A DNA stretch of 64,000 nt from Octopus bimaculoides (lineage: Eukaryota), in contig NC_069008.1 in NCBI RefSeq assembly GCF_001194135.2, forward strand, positions 1,546,890 to 1,610,889, read 5' to 3'. This document shows positions 1 to 11,905 of the stretch, piece after piece. Positions within the stretch are counted from its first letter, which is position 1, and every line of letters begins with the position of its first letter. The translations under genes and the position numbers were made by a program. The notes beneath the pieces are model-generated. The model searched no databases. It was not told the origin of the DNA and saw only the letters and a list, made by a program, of their open reading frames with translations.

Positions 1-9
1 CAAATGTCT

Positions 10-815
10 CTGTCACTAATCATTGCCTCTGTGAGGCTCAAAGTTCACCACTTTGTCCCATATCTTTCTGGGTCTACCTCTACCACAGGTTCCCTCCACA
101 GTTAGAGATTGGCACTTCCTTACATAGCTGTCCTCGTCCATATGCATCACACGACCATAGCAGTGCAGTCGTCTCCCTTGCACACCACATCTGATGCCTC
201 TTATGCCCAGCTTTTCTCTCAAGATGCTTACACTCTGTCAAACATGCACACTGACATTGCACATCCAGCGAAGCATACTGGCTTCATTTCTTTCAAGCCT
301 ATGCATGTTCTCAGCTGTCTCAGCTCATGTTTAATTGCCATGTAGCATAGCTGTTCACACACAGACATCATAGAATCTGTATTTCACTCTGAGAGAGAGA
401 GAGAGAGAGGCCCTTTGTTGCCAGCAGGGGTAGGAACTCTCTGAACTTTGCCCAGCCTAATCTTATTCTCACAGTTTTGCTCTCAGAGCAACCACCTCCA
501 CTACTAACTTGGTCGCCTAGATACCAGAAACTATCAACTACCTCTAGCTTGCCCCTCTGGCAGTTGATGGAGTCTACTTTCTACATGTTTTCAGTGTTTA
601 TTGCACCTTTGCATCTTCCACATACAAAAGTTAGTTTCCTTGTTAAACTACCTGTATTTTTGCTGTACCTTTTATGTGTCCAAAGCTTACACTGGTTGCA
701 TTTTGTGAAGTTTCTACCGACACCTTTTCTATAGATTGAGCAGAGCCATCTACATGAAGGGATTTGTGATTTGGAGCCATCTTCTTGAAAGGATCTTTTA
801 CTTGTTTCAACCAAT
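10..815 (-). mobile_element. RTE-clade LINE fragments (3' end of RT ORF and Cys-rich segment)
   Basis: Minus-strand translations REKLGIRGIRCGVQGRRLHCYGRVMHMDEDS...EGTCGRGRPRKIWDKVV and GVGRNFTKCNQCKLWTHKRYS...FVCGRC match motifs typical of RTE-type ORFs; the frames are broken. Confidence 0.8.
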
Positions 816-1814
816 CCCAGGACTTATTTTCTTAAGTACTTATTCTTTCGGTCTCATTTTGCTGAGCTACCAAGTTATGGGGATGTAAACACACTAACAT
901 CGGTTATCAAGTGGTGGTCAGGCAAACAGACACAAAGACACACACATATAGATACACACACATGCACATATAGATACATATACACACACTTATACAGATA
1001 CATAAAGATCAAGAGAAATACCTTAGTCACTTTGTAGATATATAGTACATAGATGGATATATATATATCTTTTAAATTTGTTTACAGGAAGCATTTTGAA
1101 TATGCAAATAAAGCTCCTATTCCACCGTGCTGGCCACAGTCCAATGATGCTGACTGGTGAACTAGTTTCAGGGGTTGCATCGAGCTGCACCGATACAATG
1201 TCGGATAAATATAATAATAATAACAATAATCTTTAGATGGAATTTATGAATATTTAAATGCATCGCTTCATGTGTTTCCGCAAATTACATGTCTCTTCAG
1301 ATCACAGACTGTATTCTTGGAATAATTACAGTGTAGTCCATAGTATCCGCGGGCAATGGATAAATCATCTTCATGGATTTATTTGTTCAGGCAATAAGAC
1401 ATTAATGGATGTTTGCTAAAAGGATGTTTGTCTCTTTTGACCAGTGGAGATAAACCTCCCTCTGGTCTACTTGAAATATAAAATCCATATATTTTCCTAG
1501 AGGATCACCGTAAAAGCAATTTAAGGAAGCATGTTCCTTTCCACCCTGCAGCCATGTACTAACCTCTTCATAATCATGATTCTCTTCGCATAACCCATTA
1601 ATTACAAGGACAAAAAAAAAAAAAAAGCAAGATATAAATGAGTTATTTAGTTAAACCGAACTTACCAGGACCGGTTTAACCCTGCAGTCATGTGAAATTT
1701 TTACGTGGCACAGAGATCATATTGTGTATACAAAGCGAAGGCGTGTAAAATGAAGTCAGGTTATTTTGAACTACGTGTGAAACAATAATTCTGCCCAGCA
1801 TCGCCTTTCTGGTA

Positions 1815-2124
1815 CTTGTGCCCACGGCATGTGTAAGGACTTTCGAGCGAGATCGTTGCCAGTGCCCTTAGACTGGCTCTTGTGCGGGTGGCACATAAAA
1901 TACACCATTTTGAGCGTGGCCGTTGCCAGTACCGCCTGACTGACCTTCGTGCCAGTGGCATGTAAAAGCACCCACTACACTCTCTGAGTGGTCGGCGTTA
2001 GGAAGGGCATCCAGCTGTAGAAACTCTGCCAATTGGAAATATGCTGTGCATAAGAAGACCAGGCAAGCCGAGTGAGACCTAAATCTAAGGCCTCAGCCAG
2101 TCCACTTATGCGTACCTTCCTTCC
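1815..2124 (+). mobile_element. SINE family 1 (cgagatcgttgccagtg...ttaggaagggcatccagctgtagaaactctgcc)
   Basis: Near-identical to copies at 2290-2612, 21199-21487 and 54064-54267. Confidence 0.8.
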
Positions 2125-2289
2125 NNNNNNNNNNTGAAGCAAGTGAAATCGAAATCGAGTTAAATTTGACATCTGGCACCCATGCCAATGTCGTCTCCTT
2201 CATTGGACACGAAACTCAGCTTGCGAAGACTTATTGGGGCAAGCAAAAACGAAATTGTGAGGGCACCTGTGCCCAGCGTCACCTTTCTG

Positions 2290-2612
2290 GCACTTGTGCC
2301 CGTGTCATGTGTAAGGACTTTCGAGCGAGATCATTGCCAGTGCCCCTGGACTGGCTCTTGTGCAGGTGGCACATAAAATACACCATTTTGAGCGTGGTCG
2401 TTGCTAGTACCGCCTGACTGGCCTTCGTACCAGTGGCATGTAAAAAGCACCCACCACACTCTCGGAGTGGTTGGCGTTAGGAAGGGCATCCATCTGTAGA
2501 AACTCTGCCAAATCAGATTGGAGCCTGGTGTAGCCATCTGGTTTCACCAGTCCTCAGTCAAATCGTCTAACCCATGCTAGCATGGAAAGCGGACGTTAAA
2601 CGATGATGATTT
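2290..2612 (+). mobile_element. SINE family 1 with (GAT)n tail
   Basis: Ends ...aacccatgctagcatggaaagcggacgttaaacgatgatgat; multi-copy in the window. Confidence 0.85.
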
Positions 2613-2704
2613 ATTCTTAGTGCAAGTTTTGAAGAGTGCAGTTCGATTTTAACAGTTATTTTTCCAAAGCCATAATGGAAGTGACAAAGGAGCATATTCA
2701 GCAT

Positions 2705-3500
2705 ATTTAACTCCTCCAAGGAAGGAGGTTATGTTTTCATTGGCGTTGGTTTGTCCGTCCGTCTGTCTGTGTGTGTGCAAAATAACTCAAAAAGTTGTGA
2801 ACGGCATTTGATGAAACTTGCAGGAAAAGTTGGTAACGACAAAAGGAACAGATGATGAAATTTTGGTAGTGATCCAAGAATTTTTATGGATTCTTGAAGG
2901 ATTTTTCATTTGTTATATTGAATTTACATGAAGTATTACAATGTTACGTTCTTTGATTATCTCCCTTGAAAACACATCGTTTTCACGTAACCTATGGTGG
3001 CGTTGCTATTTAGAGACAGTGTTGACGATGATGATGGTCGAGATAAGTATGGGAGGAGGATGAAATAGTATCGGTGGTTATAATGGCGACAGGAGCGGTG
3101 TGATGGGTGATGCTGAGGTGATGGTGGTAATAATGATGTTGATGATAGTGTTAGTAGTGTGATGGTGGTATTGCAGTGGTTATACTGGTTGTAGTGGTGA
3201 AAGCGACTGTCAAGGTAACCGTCACGATAACGTTGATGGTGGTGTCTGTGGTTGAAGTGGAAGCAATAACAATGCTGCTGATGATGATGTTGGTGGTTGT
3301 GAACTGCTTCAGAGGATTCCTGTTTTAAAAGGGTTTTTTTTTTTTTAAATCATATGGCTGTGTTATTTTTTTTTTTTACCCTCGCCAAGGAGGTTGTTTT
3401 TGCCGGCGTTGGTTTGGGAAATTGGGTGATTTTTCAGCATGCGTGTATAAGGGTAGAAATGAGCGGCTTGGCAGAAGTCTGCGCTCTCCGAGTGCTTTTC
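2705..3500 (+). mobile_element. Helentron/HINE-like non-autonomous element fragments
   Basis: Two starts with c(c/g)ccaagga...ggttatgtttt/ggttgtttt, an internal gtccgtc/gtct microsatellite, and a terminal ggcagaagtctgcgctctccgagtgcttttct motif. Family assignment is from recalled resemblance only. Confidence 0.45.
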
Positions 3501-3559
3501 TGGTTTGCTTTATGAGTTCAATAAAAGCAACAATAGAACAGGAAATGTGAGGAATATTA

Positions 3560-3935
3560 ATGCAGTATGTGGGGATCGGACAATAAGTATAAGCCAGTGT
3601 TAACGGTAGATCCAGAAATTCCAAGCTAGAAACTACAGCCCAGAAGACAAGCTTCATCCTAGAAGATCTGTAGAGCTTGATGAGGACATCTTGAAAACTC
3701 TGGTGGAACAAAATCCCATTGTAACTGCTGAGGAACTAGCAGAGAAGCTTGGATTTGGTCATTCAACCATTCATCAACACCTGCATGCCATCAGAATATT
3801 AATGTCTTTGGTTTCAAGACGAAAGGTATTCTTCCATCAGGATAATGCTTGCCACATAGTCCAAGGATGACATTCCAAAGGCTGGAGCAGTTTGAATGGG
3901 AAACAATGCCCCACCCACCATATTTGCCAGACATT
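3560..3935 (+). mobile_element. Degenerate mariner transposase fragment
   Basis: Translates to EDILKTLVEQNPIVTAEELAEKLGFGHSTIHQHLHAI (HTH) and VFFHQDNA...LEQFEWETMPHPPYLPDI (mariner HDNA / HPPYSPD motifs), with stops. Confidence 0.85.
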
Positions 3936-3971
3936 TGAAGACAGATATTTGTCCTGATCTTGTTTGTTGTT

Positions 3972-4017
3972 AACACAAGGTTTCACTTGATACACCCTCC
4001 AGCCTTCATCAGGTGTC
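3972..4017 (-). ncRNA. Degenerate copy of HHR-1
   Basis: Minus strand reads GACAC CTGATGA A GGCTG...CAAGT GAAA CCTT GTGTT: core intact, stems II and III disrupted. Confidence 0.5.
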
Positions 4018-4266
4018 TTGGGGAAATTTTGAACCTGGGTTCTCATTCCTTAGGTATCATTATTATTATTATTATTCAGGTTACTGCCTGGAATCTTGGG
4101 GTTAGTAGCCTGCACTCTTAACCACTACGGGCATATGGCATAGTGGTTAAGAGCACGGGCTACTAACCCCAAGACTCTGAGTTCAATTCCAAGCAGTGAC
4201 CTGAATAATAACAACAACATTGAAAATTACCTTAGAAATGAGAACCCAGGTTCGAAATTTCCCCAA

Positions 4267-4312
4267 GACACCTGAAGAAGGCTGGAGGGTATATCAGCCG
4301 AAACGTTGTGTT
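4267..4312 (+). ncRNA. Minimal type-I hammerhead ribozyme motif (HHR-1)
   Basis: Stem I GACAC/GTGTT; core CTGAAGA (4272-4278) plus an extra A; stem II GGCTG/CAGCC; GAAA (4300-4303); palindromic ACGT in place of stem III; GUU triplet with predicted cut after 4307. Confidence 0.75.
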
Positions 4313-4470
4313 AACAACAAACAAGATGAGGATAAATATCCGTCAAATGTAAATAATGTACATAATTCCTCATCTCTTAAATATAGAACTGTAAAATCAT
4401 AACCAGCTGATCTTGTATTTCCTTTTACCTAAAACCAGGAACGTTTCAGCACCCCCTTGTGTGTGTACAT

Positions 4471-4692
4471 ACATGAGAGGGTGCTGAAAAGTTCCTGTCT
4501 GTAAGGGTATTGTGAAAGGCCTGGTTAAAAACCAAATTTTCCAAGTTCTTTTACAGGGCTTAGAAAAACTGAAGGACTGCTGCAAAAAGCAAGGGAATCT
4601 GAGAGGGGAACATGTTCAATAAGATCATAACCAGCTGATCCTCCAGTAGTTTCTTTTACCCAAAGCCAGGAACGTTTCAGCACCCCCTCGTA
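4471..4692. mobile_element. Mariner-type MITE
   Basis: TIRs gagagggtgctgaaaagttcct / aggaacgtttcagcaccccctcgta; related partial copies at ~4405-4460 and ~59090-59275. Confidence 0.7.
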
Positions 4693-5049
4693 CATGAACA
4701 TACAAATATACACATACATATGAATATATATACCAGCACACTGGCATGCAGTTTCACGATCCAATCTAAATTCCAGATCCAACATGGGGAAGTTTCCAAG
4801 TATTGTTGTTACATAAATAAAATAACACAAATGGGTTAAAGGCACACTACAGCTGTTTCAGGTGCGTTATTTTTTATTGATGAATAATTCAATTACATCA
4901 TAAAGAAAAAAGTTTTCTTCAGGTGAATTAATAAAAATTTAAAATTGGTTCAGAAAAAAATACCAAAATGTGGAATATAGATTACCCTACTCAGTTCAAT
5001 GTATTCCACATTCCTCTTCAGTGGAGAGGGGTTTCCCTTCAGTGTGGTA

Positions 5050-5563
5050 CAGTAGACTGCCACTAATCTGGCACTAATTTCAGCTAGAAAAATTTTTAAT
5101 TTCCTGGGTTGTCATACCAACCAGCTGCTACAATTTGTTGGTACCACTTGCTGTGTAAACACACATTTGTAAATAAAGGTAAGCCTTACCAGTTTGGCGG
5201 CTAATGCAGTTTTGCACCTCTCCTTGAAAAATGCAGTTTTTTGGAAAACAATTTTCAGATTCCTACGTTTTAGATGTCGGAGATTACCGAATATGTAAAG
5301 CATAAAACACCACACATTGTCCATAAAAGAAAAGGTTGAACTGTTCAAAAAACTTGACAGCGATGTGTCCATGAAAAGATTATGTGAATTACACAACGTT
5401 GGATCTTTGACAGTTTACAACATAAAGAAAAAAACAAAACAAAAAGACCAGTTACTCCATTTCTTTACTAACATTGAGTCAAAGAAACAATTGATAATTG
5501 GGCAAAATCACTAATCCAATAATCCCCAGGTCCCAACAATGCCAGATAATCAGTAGTTAACTG
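5050..5563 (+). mobile_element. Internally deleted Tigger/pogo-like element retaining the N-terminal HTH
   Basis: TA TSD (5048-49, 5564-65); imperfect TIRs cagtagactgccactaatctggca / tgccagataatcagtagttaactg; ORF 5317-5514 SIKEKVELFKKLDSDVSMKRLCELHNVGSLTVYNIKK resembles a CENP-B/Tigger HTH. Confidence 0.8.
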
Positions 5564-6093
5564 TATATTTTATTTCATCTTAATCAACTGTAAGAGTCAA
5601 AATATTATCCCATGTATTTTCACAACAGGCTGTTCCTCCAATGTGGATTTGGTGAATAACAAGATGAGAATTGGAAAAGAATAAATTCCCGTGTATTTCA
5701 CAATGATAGGGGGGTTTTTTCCCCTTCAGTGTGTCATTTTGTGATGTACAAGATGAAAAGGCAGAATTCAAGTTTTTTATTTTTGGTAATTTTCAGGAAA
5801 ATGTTAGCAAATTTGTGTCCTACACTTGGGAATCCATACAATTATAATCTTTAAACTCCCTCCCCAACAAATTCCAAAAGTTTCACTCTTTTTCAAGTAG
5901 AATTTTGGTTCAAGTACCTTTTTTTAGAATTTTCAGAAAAAAAAATTTTTTTGCATAATCGTATGAAATCCTACGTATAGAACAGATTCACAAATTTTTT
6001 TTTTTAAATGCCAACAAATATAAAAGTTTTGAGGGATTTATATAGGGTGCTGAAACCAGAATCCAGCCAATGACAATTATTAAAAAAACATTT

Positions 6094-6750
6094 TTAAGCG
6101 TCTTTCTCAGAGCTAGAGTTATCCCCAGCATGTGTTTTTTGGTGTGTAGTTAAGGCACTGTTGTTTATAAAATATTTTCCACATATTTCACAGAGGAATG
6201 GTTTTTCTCCTGTGTGTACTCTTTTGTGAACTCCAAGAACGGAATTCTGAGAGAATGATTTCCCGCAAATGTCACAAGAATATGGCTTTTCTCCGGTGTG
6301 AATACGTACGTGGGTAACAAGTCCTGAATTCTTGGTGAAGGATTTTCCACAAGTTTCACACCGGAATAGTTTTTCTCCAGTATGTATTCTTTTATGTCGA
6401 ATCAAATCGCTATTATTGGCATATGATTTCCCACATATTTTGCAATGGAATGGTTTTTCTCCAGCGTGCATCCTTTTGTGTCCTATTAACACATCGTTAG
6501 AAAAAAAAGAATCACTACAAATATCGCATTTGTAAGGTTTTTCTCCTGTGTGAAATCTCCTATGTTCCGTTAGATTAAGGTTAGAACTAAAAGATTTACC
6601 ACATATGTCACAGTGATAAAGTCTTTGTATAGTAAATGTCTCACTGCCCAAAGGTTTCACAACAGTGTATGTCTGCGTCACGGGATCCAAATTGGTAAAA
6701 ACAGTTGTGTTGTTGGAAGAATCCAAGACTTTAACGTCCTCCATATTCAT
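6094..6750 (-). CDS. C2H2 zinc-finger protein ZNF-A (6 fingers, subfamily 1)
   Basis: 218-aa ORF with six CxxC-12-HxxxH units and TGEKP linkers; leader MNMEDVKVLDSSNNTTVFTNLDPVTQTY. Confidence 0.9.
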   Translation of the reverse strand: MNMEDVKVLDSSNNTTVFTNLDPVTQTYTVVKPLGSETFTIQRLYHCDICGKSFSSNLNLTEHRRFHTGEKPYKCDICSDSFFSNDVLIGHKRMHAGEKPFHCKICGKSYANNSDLIRHKRIHTGEKLFRCETCGKSFTKNSGLVTHVRIHTGEKPYSCDICGKSFSQNSVLGVHKRVHTGEKPFLCEICGKYFINNSALTTHQKTHAGDNSSSEKDA

Positions 6751-7215
6751 TCTTAATTGTCAAAATCTAAGGAATATCTCTGGAATCTAAGGAATTGTCA
6801 AAATCTAAGGAATATCTCTGACTGTAATATATTGTGGTTCAATTCCTTGTCTTGGATAGTATGGCACTTTGTTTGCAAGTGGGGAGGAATAATCGGAGTA
6901 GATATATTTTCAACTTACCCTAGAATAGTTGTTGCCAACCGAGTCCTTTTTAAATTGCAAACATATTTTTGCAGACAAACCTATGTGCTACTATTTCAAT
7001 GTTATGAAATATGGATATGGTTTAATGGGTGATATGCAGCTTAAAAATGAGGTCAATAAATAAATAAATAAATACCAAAGCAACGTAATCAAATTAAGCA
7101 ATCAGCAAAGACAGGCTTAAATTAAGTGTATTAATTGTAAACTCTGCAGATGTGTAGAAAGGAATAAATCATATTAATCCAAAACCGATGTCGAAGAAAG
7201 AAAATAATTGTGAAT

Positions 7216-7271
<56 letters not shown>

Positions 7272-9189
7272 GAGTGCAAGTGTCTGGTGTATATAAATCA
7301 GAATTGTTTATCATCAAATGTAGAAACGTACAAGTGTGTGTGTGTGACGAATGTGAAGAAAGGTTAATAAAGATATTCATTCATCAATTGCTCATCAATA
7401 TCAATTTCCTTGTAAAGAATTCAGGATGTGGTGTAAGCTTGTAATAGAATGGAATATTTAATCATGTAGACGAGGTAATAAAGTCCTTGAAATATTTAAG
7501 TGGTTCTATGCTATCCCAAACATTAACGTTTCAAGTACAACAATACTAAGTAGGCGGTGTAGAGAATAATTTTTACCTTAATATAAATAAGACTGGTTTC
7601 ATAGAAACAGTTATATTAACTTGCCCTTTCAGATGTACCCAAATGACAGTAAGTTAAAAATCAAAAAAAGCATTGTCCAGTGAAATAACAATCTGCATGT
7701 AAAAAAAAACCCGAGGTTATTAAGGTTGACCAGTAATAATGGGAAATGTAAAAATCGAACTTGGTTTGCTGAAACGAATATGTAAATGCATTTAGATAAA
7801 TAACCACAGCTCTTCTTGATCGAAATTATTTTCGATCTTTTAGGGTTTTTTTTTTACAAAAGTGCCTTCGGATTTCTGTTTTGAACATCGAAGATTCCAA
7901 TTGTGTCACGACTTTCCTGTTCCTTACTTTTTAACACTGAAAATTCTAATGTAAAATTTCTAATAATGTAGAAAAACTGTAGGGTTTAGACAGGATGCTG
8001 TTCACCGCATTTTAAAAATCCATTTTCAAATAAGTTTTATCATATTTTATCATTAACTTTGCAAAGAATAATTTTATCAATAATTTGTTTCCATAATTCA
8101 AGGAATCCAAGTTAATTTTTTGACATACCCTATTGCTGCCGCTTTCCCTAAATTTGATTGTGTAATCACATTATATCAGGGGTGGGGAAAGTTTTTAGTG
8201 AAGCCTGGTACTTATTTTATTGGTCTCTTTGCCGAACCACTAACTTACAGGGATGTAAGCCACCAACACCAGTTGTCAAGTGGTGGTGGGAGATAAAGGT
8301 ACACACATACACAAACATATATATATATATGATGAGCTTCTTTCAGTTTCCGCTTTCCCTAAATTTGATTGTGTGATCACATTATATCAGGGGTGGAGGA
8401 AACTTTTTAGTGCGGCGAGCAAAAAAATTTCAACGAAAAAGGTTCGCAGGTGGATCACAAGTTCTAACTCTGAAATCTGTGTCAATCTTGTATATATCTA
8501 TGTATAATTCGATATACATTAATAAAGATAAGTTTAAGACATTAAATTAACGCTACCACTGAATTTAAGACGTTTATATTACTCATGAGATATTTATATT
8601 TCTCAGCTGGGGTGTAGTTGCGTCAAAAGAGAATGGTGCAAACCTAGCATGATTTTCTGTTCTAGTCTAACCATTTTAAGTCGTAGTGGAAACGCGACCT
8701 ATGTCGCAAAGAGGCATACGAATATTGTATAAATTTTATGATTGAAAAATTGACTATGTTTTGTACAAACGAGTCTACCAGCTTGCAGGCGCAATAAGAT
8801 GGTTACGCGTGCGGGGGATACCCACCCCTGCATTATATGGAAGATTTAGTAAATGTGGTGAAACATTTGGCTCGCTCGCTCGCTCGCTAAATAAATAAAG
8901 TAAGTAAATTACTTGGGACGTGTAAAACATTAGGGTTTACTTCTTGAAATACCAAAACGAAAACAAGATCAAAAGTCTAAAAAAGAGAAACTTGACAAAA
9001 AATTATTTTTCAGAACTTCAGCTGTTATTTCTAACAATTCGAGCGACCACATTAAGACTTCCTCATTTTCTCAGCTGGTTTGACCAGCATAAACACTGTT
9101 GAAATGGAGTGAAGTAGGTATTCCGAAAGCTTGGAGGAGTGCACGATTTTTAAAAAAATTGAAATTTTGGAAATACTGACCGACCTACC

Positions 9190-9224
9190 CACTCATCTGT
9201 CTATCTACCCAGCTATCTATCCAA

Positions 9225-9257
<33 letters not shown>

Positions 9258-9435
9258 CATCTATATATCTATCTATCTATCTATCTATCTATCCATCTAT
9301 CCATCTGTCTATCTATCCATCTATCTATCCGTCTATCTATCCATCTATCTATCCATCTGTCTATCCATCTATCTATCTATCCATCCATCCATCTGTCTAA
9401 CTAACTGTCTATCTATCTATCTATCTATCTACCCA
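9190..9435 (+). repeat. (TATC)n/(TCCA)n compound microsatellite
   Basis: Directly visible tetranucleotide repeats; the overlapping 89-aa ORF is spurious. Confidence 0.95.
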
Positions 9436-10546
9436 GCTCTCTCTCTCGCTCTCTCTCTCACACACACACACCGCTTATTGACGTCCCATGTTTGAATAGT
9501 TTAGGTAGAGTGGCCTCCCTCGTGAAACGAAACTGAAAGGACGCCATTGTTTTAAATATTCAGTAAAAGAATATTTGACAATCTCAAAGTGATTGGTTTA
9601 GAAGCTTTGAGGTACCGTTCACTCCCCCGCTTGAAGTAACGACAAAACTAGAAATTCAGACTGCGCTGCGCAGCAAAATCAAAACAGGACATTAAATAAA
9701 ATATCAAACTAACAGTTAGTCATTGGTAAGGGTGTTAACTCCATGTTGGCATCATTTTGTATTGGAAACCGAAATGCTTCAGATTTATCAACGACAGCAG
9801 AGAGGCTCTCACATACTTATTTTCTTGGATAATGTTTTGAGAATTAACGGTTGATTGGAGGCGACCGCAAGAGCAAACTGACATTATTACAAATACCTCC
9901 AAATGTATTGAAATGTTTGTTAGAGACTTTTAACTTAATAGTTTCCCTGTATGATTTTTTTCGAGGGTAAAATTATCCCTTACACCGTCTACTAATTACT
10001 TCAGCGAATGTAGTTATCTTGGTGTGAGGTAAACACTAATGTTTGCTGATTACTTCGAACCAATTTAAATGTTCCAGAATCGGATGTTCCATCACCTTAA
10101 GGACTAAATGTTTCTTTTTATTACCCACTTTCGCTACGTTATGAATTCTTAACGAGAATATGGACTTCAATGGCCAAATAATGGTTGAATAACTTTGATA
10201 TTATTTCTTCCTTTTCTAGTTGACTTGCAAATCTTAAGCCTCGATCATTTTTATTGCCACCACAGTGGTAAATAAATGTGAATTCATCGTACTACATACA
10301 GACACACACATGCGTATTTTCCAGACAGAATCACAATACTTTTAAGACTATGAAGCAAATATTAAGCCGTAACCATATTTCATAACGTAGATTAAAAAGA
10401 AAGGGGGGAATCTTTTATCTACAATAATATATGTGCTACATGGACATAGTCAACAACGGGTACACTGTGGGCATGTAGAAGATATACACACATTGCATAT
10501 TTTACCCAGTTGTGAAAAGAGATTCAAAATATCTCAGAGAAGCACA

Positions 10547-11803
10547 ATGACTACGGAGGACGTTAAACCGTTGGTTATCCCCAACTCAACCGTTTTTACC
10601 AATTTGGATTCAGTAACAGAGACTTATAATAGTAATGAGAAAACTTTAGGCGATGAAGTATTTACTGAAGAAAAATCATTGGACAAAACCGTTCGATGTG
10701 AAATTTGTGGGGAATCATTTGGCAAAGTCCGTTATTTAAAAGAACATAGGAAAATACACTCTGGAAAAGAAACTTGCCTTGATGAAATAGTTACGAAATC
10801 ATTCTCTCAAACATCTCTTCCTCTTCATGAACCTATTCACACAGGAAATAAATCTTACCACTGTGAAATATGCGGGAAATCATTTGTGAAAAACAGTAAT
10901 TTAACGCAACATAAGAGAGTACACACTGGAGAAAAACCATTTGCCTGTGAAATATGTGGGGAAGCTTTCTCTCACAATTATCGTCTTGCTCTCCATAAAC
11001 ATAGTCACACTGGAAACAAACCTTTCCACTGTGAAATATGTGGAAAATCATTTGCTCTTAATAGTTATTTAAAAAGTCACAAGAGAATACACACGGGAGA
11101 AAGGCCATTCCAGTGTGAAATATGTGAGAAATATTTCGGTCAGAAATCCAGTTTGGTTACTCACATACGTATTCACACTGGGGAAAAACCCTACCACTGT
11201 GAAATCTGTGGTAAATCTTTCTCTTTTAATTCCAGTCTTTTGCGTCATAAAGCAATGCACTCTGGAGAAAGACCATTCCATTGTGAAATATGCGGAAAGT
11301 CTTTTGTGGATAAAGGTGATTTAACGAGACATAAAAAAATCCACAATGAGGAGAAACCTGAGCAGTGTGAAATTTGTGGAAAATCTTTCTCATTTAAATC
11401 CAGGCTTGTTAATCATAAAAGAACACATACTGGAGAAAAACCCTATCACTGTGAAATTTGTGGGAAACTATTCGTTCAGATTTCACATCTTGTCAATCAC
11501 GTAAGACTACACACTGGAGAGAGACCATATCATTGTGAAATATGTGAGAAGTCTTTTGTGACCAAAGGTGCTTTTATAAGGCACAGAAGGATACACACTG
11601 GAGAGAAGCCTTACAACTGTGATATTTGTGGGAAGTTATTCACTAATAATTCTAATCTTGTTGATCACTTAAGAATACATACTGGGGAAAAGCCATATCA
11701 TTGTGATATATGTATGAAGTCTTTCAGAAGTAGCGGTCATTTTGCCAAACACAAAAAAATACACACTGAAGAAAAATTGCTTCTCAGTAAATCGTCATCA
11801 TGA
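10547..11803 (+). CDS. C2H2 zinc-finger protein ZNF-B (12 intact fingers plus 1 degenerate)
   Basis: The first in-frame ATG, 10547 (MTTEDVKPL), matches the paralog starts; the track start at 10433 is a GTG. The second finger has lost its CxxC ([22 protein letters not shown]). Confidence 0.92.
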   Translation: MTTEDVKPLVIPNSTVFTNLDSVTETYNSNEKTLGDEVFTEEKSLDKTVRCEICGESFGKVRYLKEHRKIHSGKETCLDEIVTKSFSQTSLPLHEPIHTGNKSYHCEICGKSFVKNSNLTQHKRVHTGEKPFACEICGEAFSHNYRLALHKHSHTGNKPFHCEICGKSFALNSYLKSHKRIHTGERPFQCEICEKYFGQKSSLVTHIRIHTGEKPYHCEICGKSFSFNSSLLRHKAMHSGERPFHCEICGKSFVDKGDLTRHKKIHNEEKPEQCEICGKSFSFKSRLVNHKRTHTGEKPYHCEICGKLFVQISHLVNHVRLHTGERPYHCEICEKSFVTKGAFIRHRRIHTGEKPYNCDICGKLFTNNSNLVDHLRIHTGEKPYHCDICMKSFRSSGHFAKHKKIHTEEKLLLSKSSS

Positions 11804-11905
11804 TGATGATCTTCATTTAGTGTCTGTGTTTTCTGCCTGGCATGGGTTGGATGGTTTGGCAGGATCCAACCTGTTTGGACTGCATTGTGCAGTGTATGAT
11901 ATGGG
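11795..11905 (-). mobile_element. Antisense SINE 3' end abutting the ZNF-B stop codon
   Basis: tcttcatttagtgtctgtgttttctgcctggcatgggttggatgg is the reverse complement of the family-1-type SINE tail. Confidence 0.75.

Larger units (their letters stand above)
3931..4350. mobile_element. Head-to-head pair of a tRNA-headed, hammerhead-bearing short element forming a ~420-bp imperfect palindrome
   Basis: 3931-4127 is the reverse complement of 4141-4350, centred at ~4134. The right arm has A box tggcatagtgg (4136-4146) and B box gagttcaattcc (4179-4190). Confidence 0.75.

Noticed and set aside
1150-1200. Possible minus-strand hammerhead (GGTG...GAAACTAGTT CACC)
   Set aside because: The GAAA-CUAG-UU half and a 4-bp stem I are present, but the CUGANGA core and stem II are not; relic at best.
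1265-1310. Minus-strand CTGAAGA...GAAAC spacing
   Set aside because: No stem II, no NUH triplet and no closing stem I.
2990-3305. Low-complexity GGT/GAT tract, and the CAG/CAA-rich tracts at 21040-21200 and 21490-21625, as coding sequence
   Set aside because: Degenerate trinucleotide repeats with no start, splice or homology support.
4128-4200. tRNA gene
   Set aside because: A and B boxes are present but the acceptor, anticodon and T stems do not close; it is a SINE head. The same applies to 15335-15395.
4990-5030. Minus-strand CTGAAGA GG AATGT...ACATT GAAC
   Set aside because: GAAC instead of GAAA, and no convincing stems I or III.
10433-10546. N-terminal extensions of ZNF-B (10433), ZNF-D (23670) and ZNF-H (54829) given by the ORF track
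   Set aside because: The first two use GTG/TTG and the third starts inside a SINE end; paralog alignment places the starts at 10547, 23727 and 54874.
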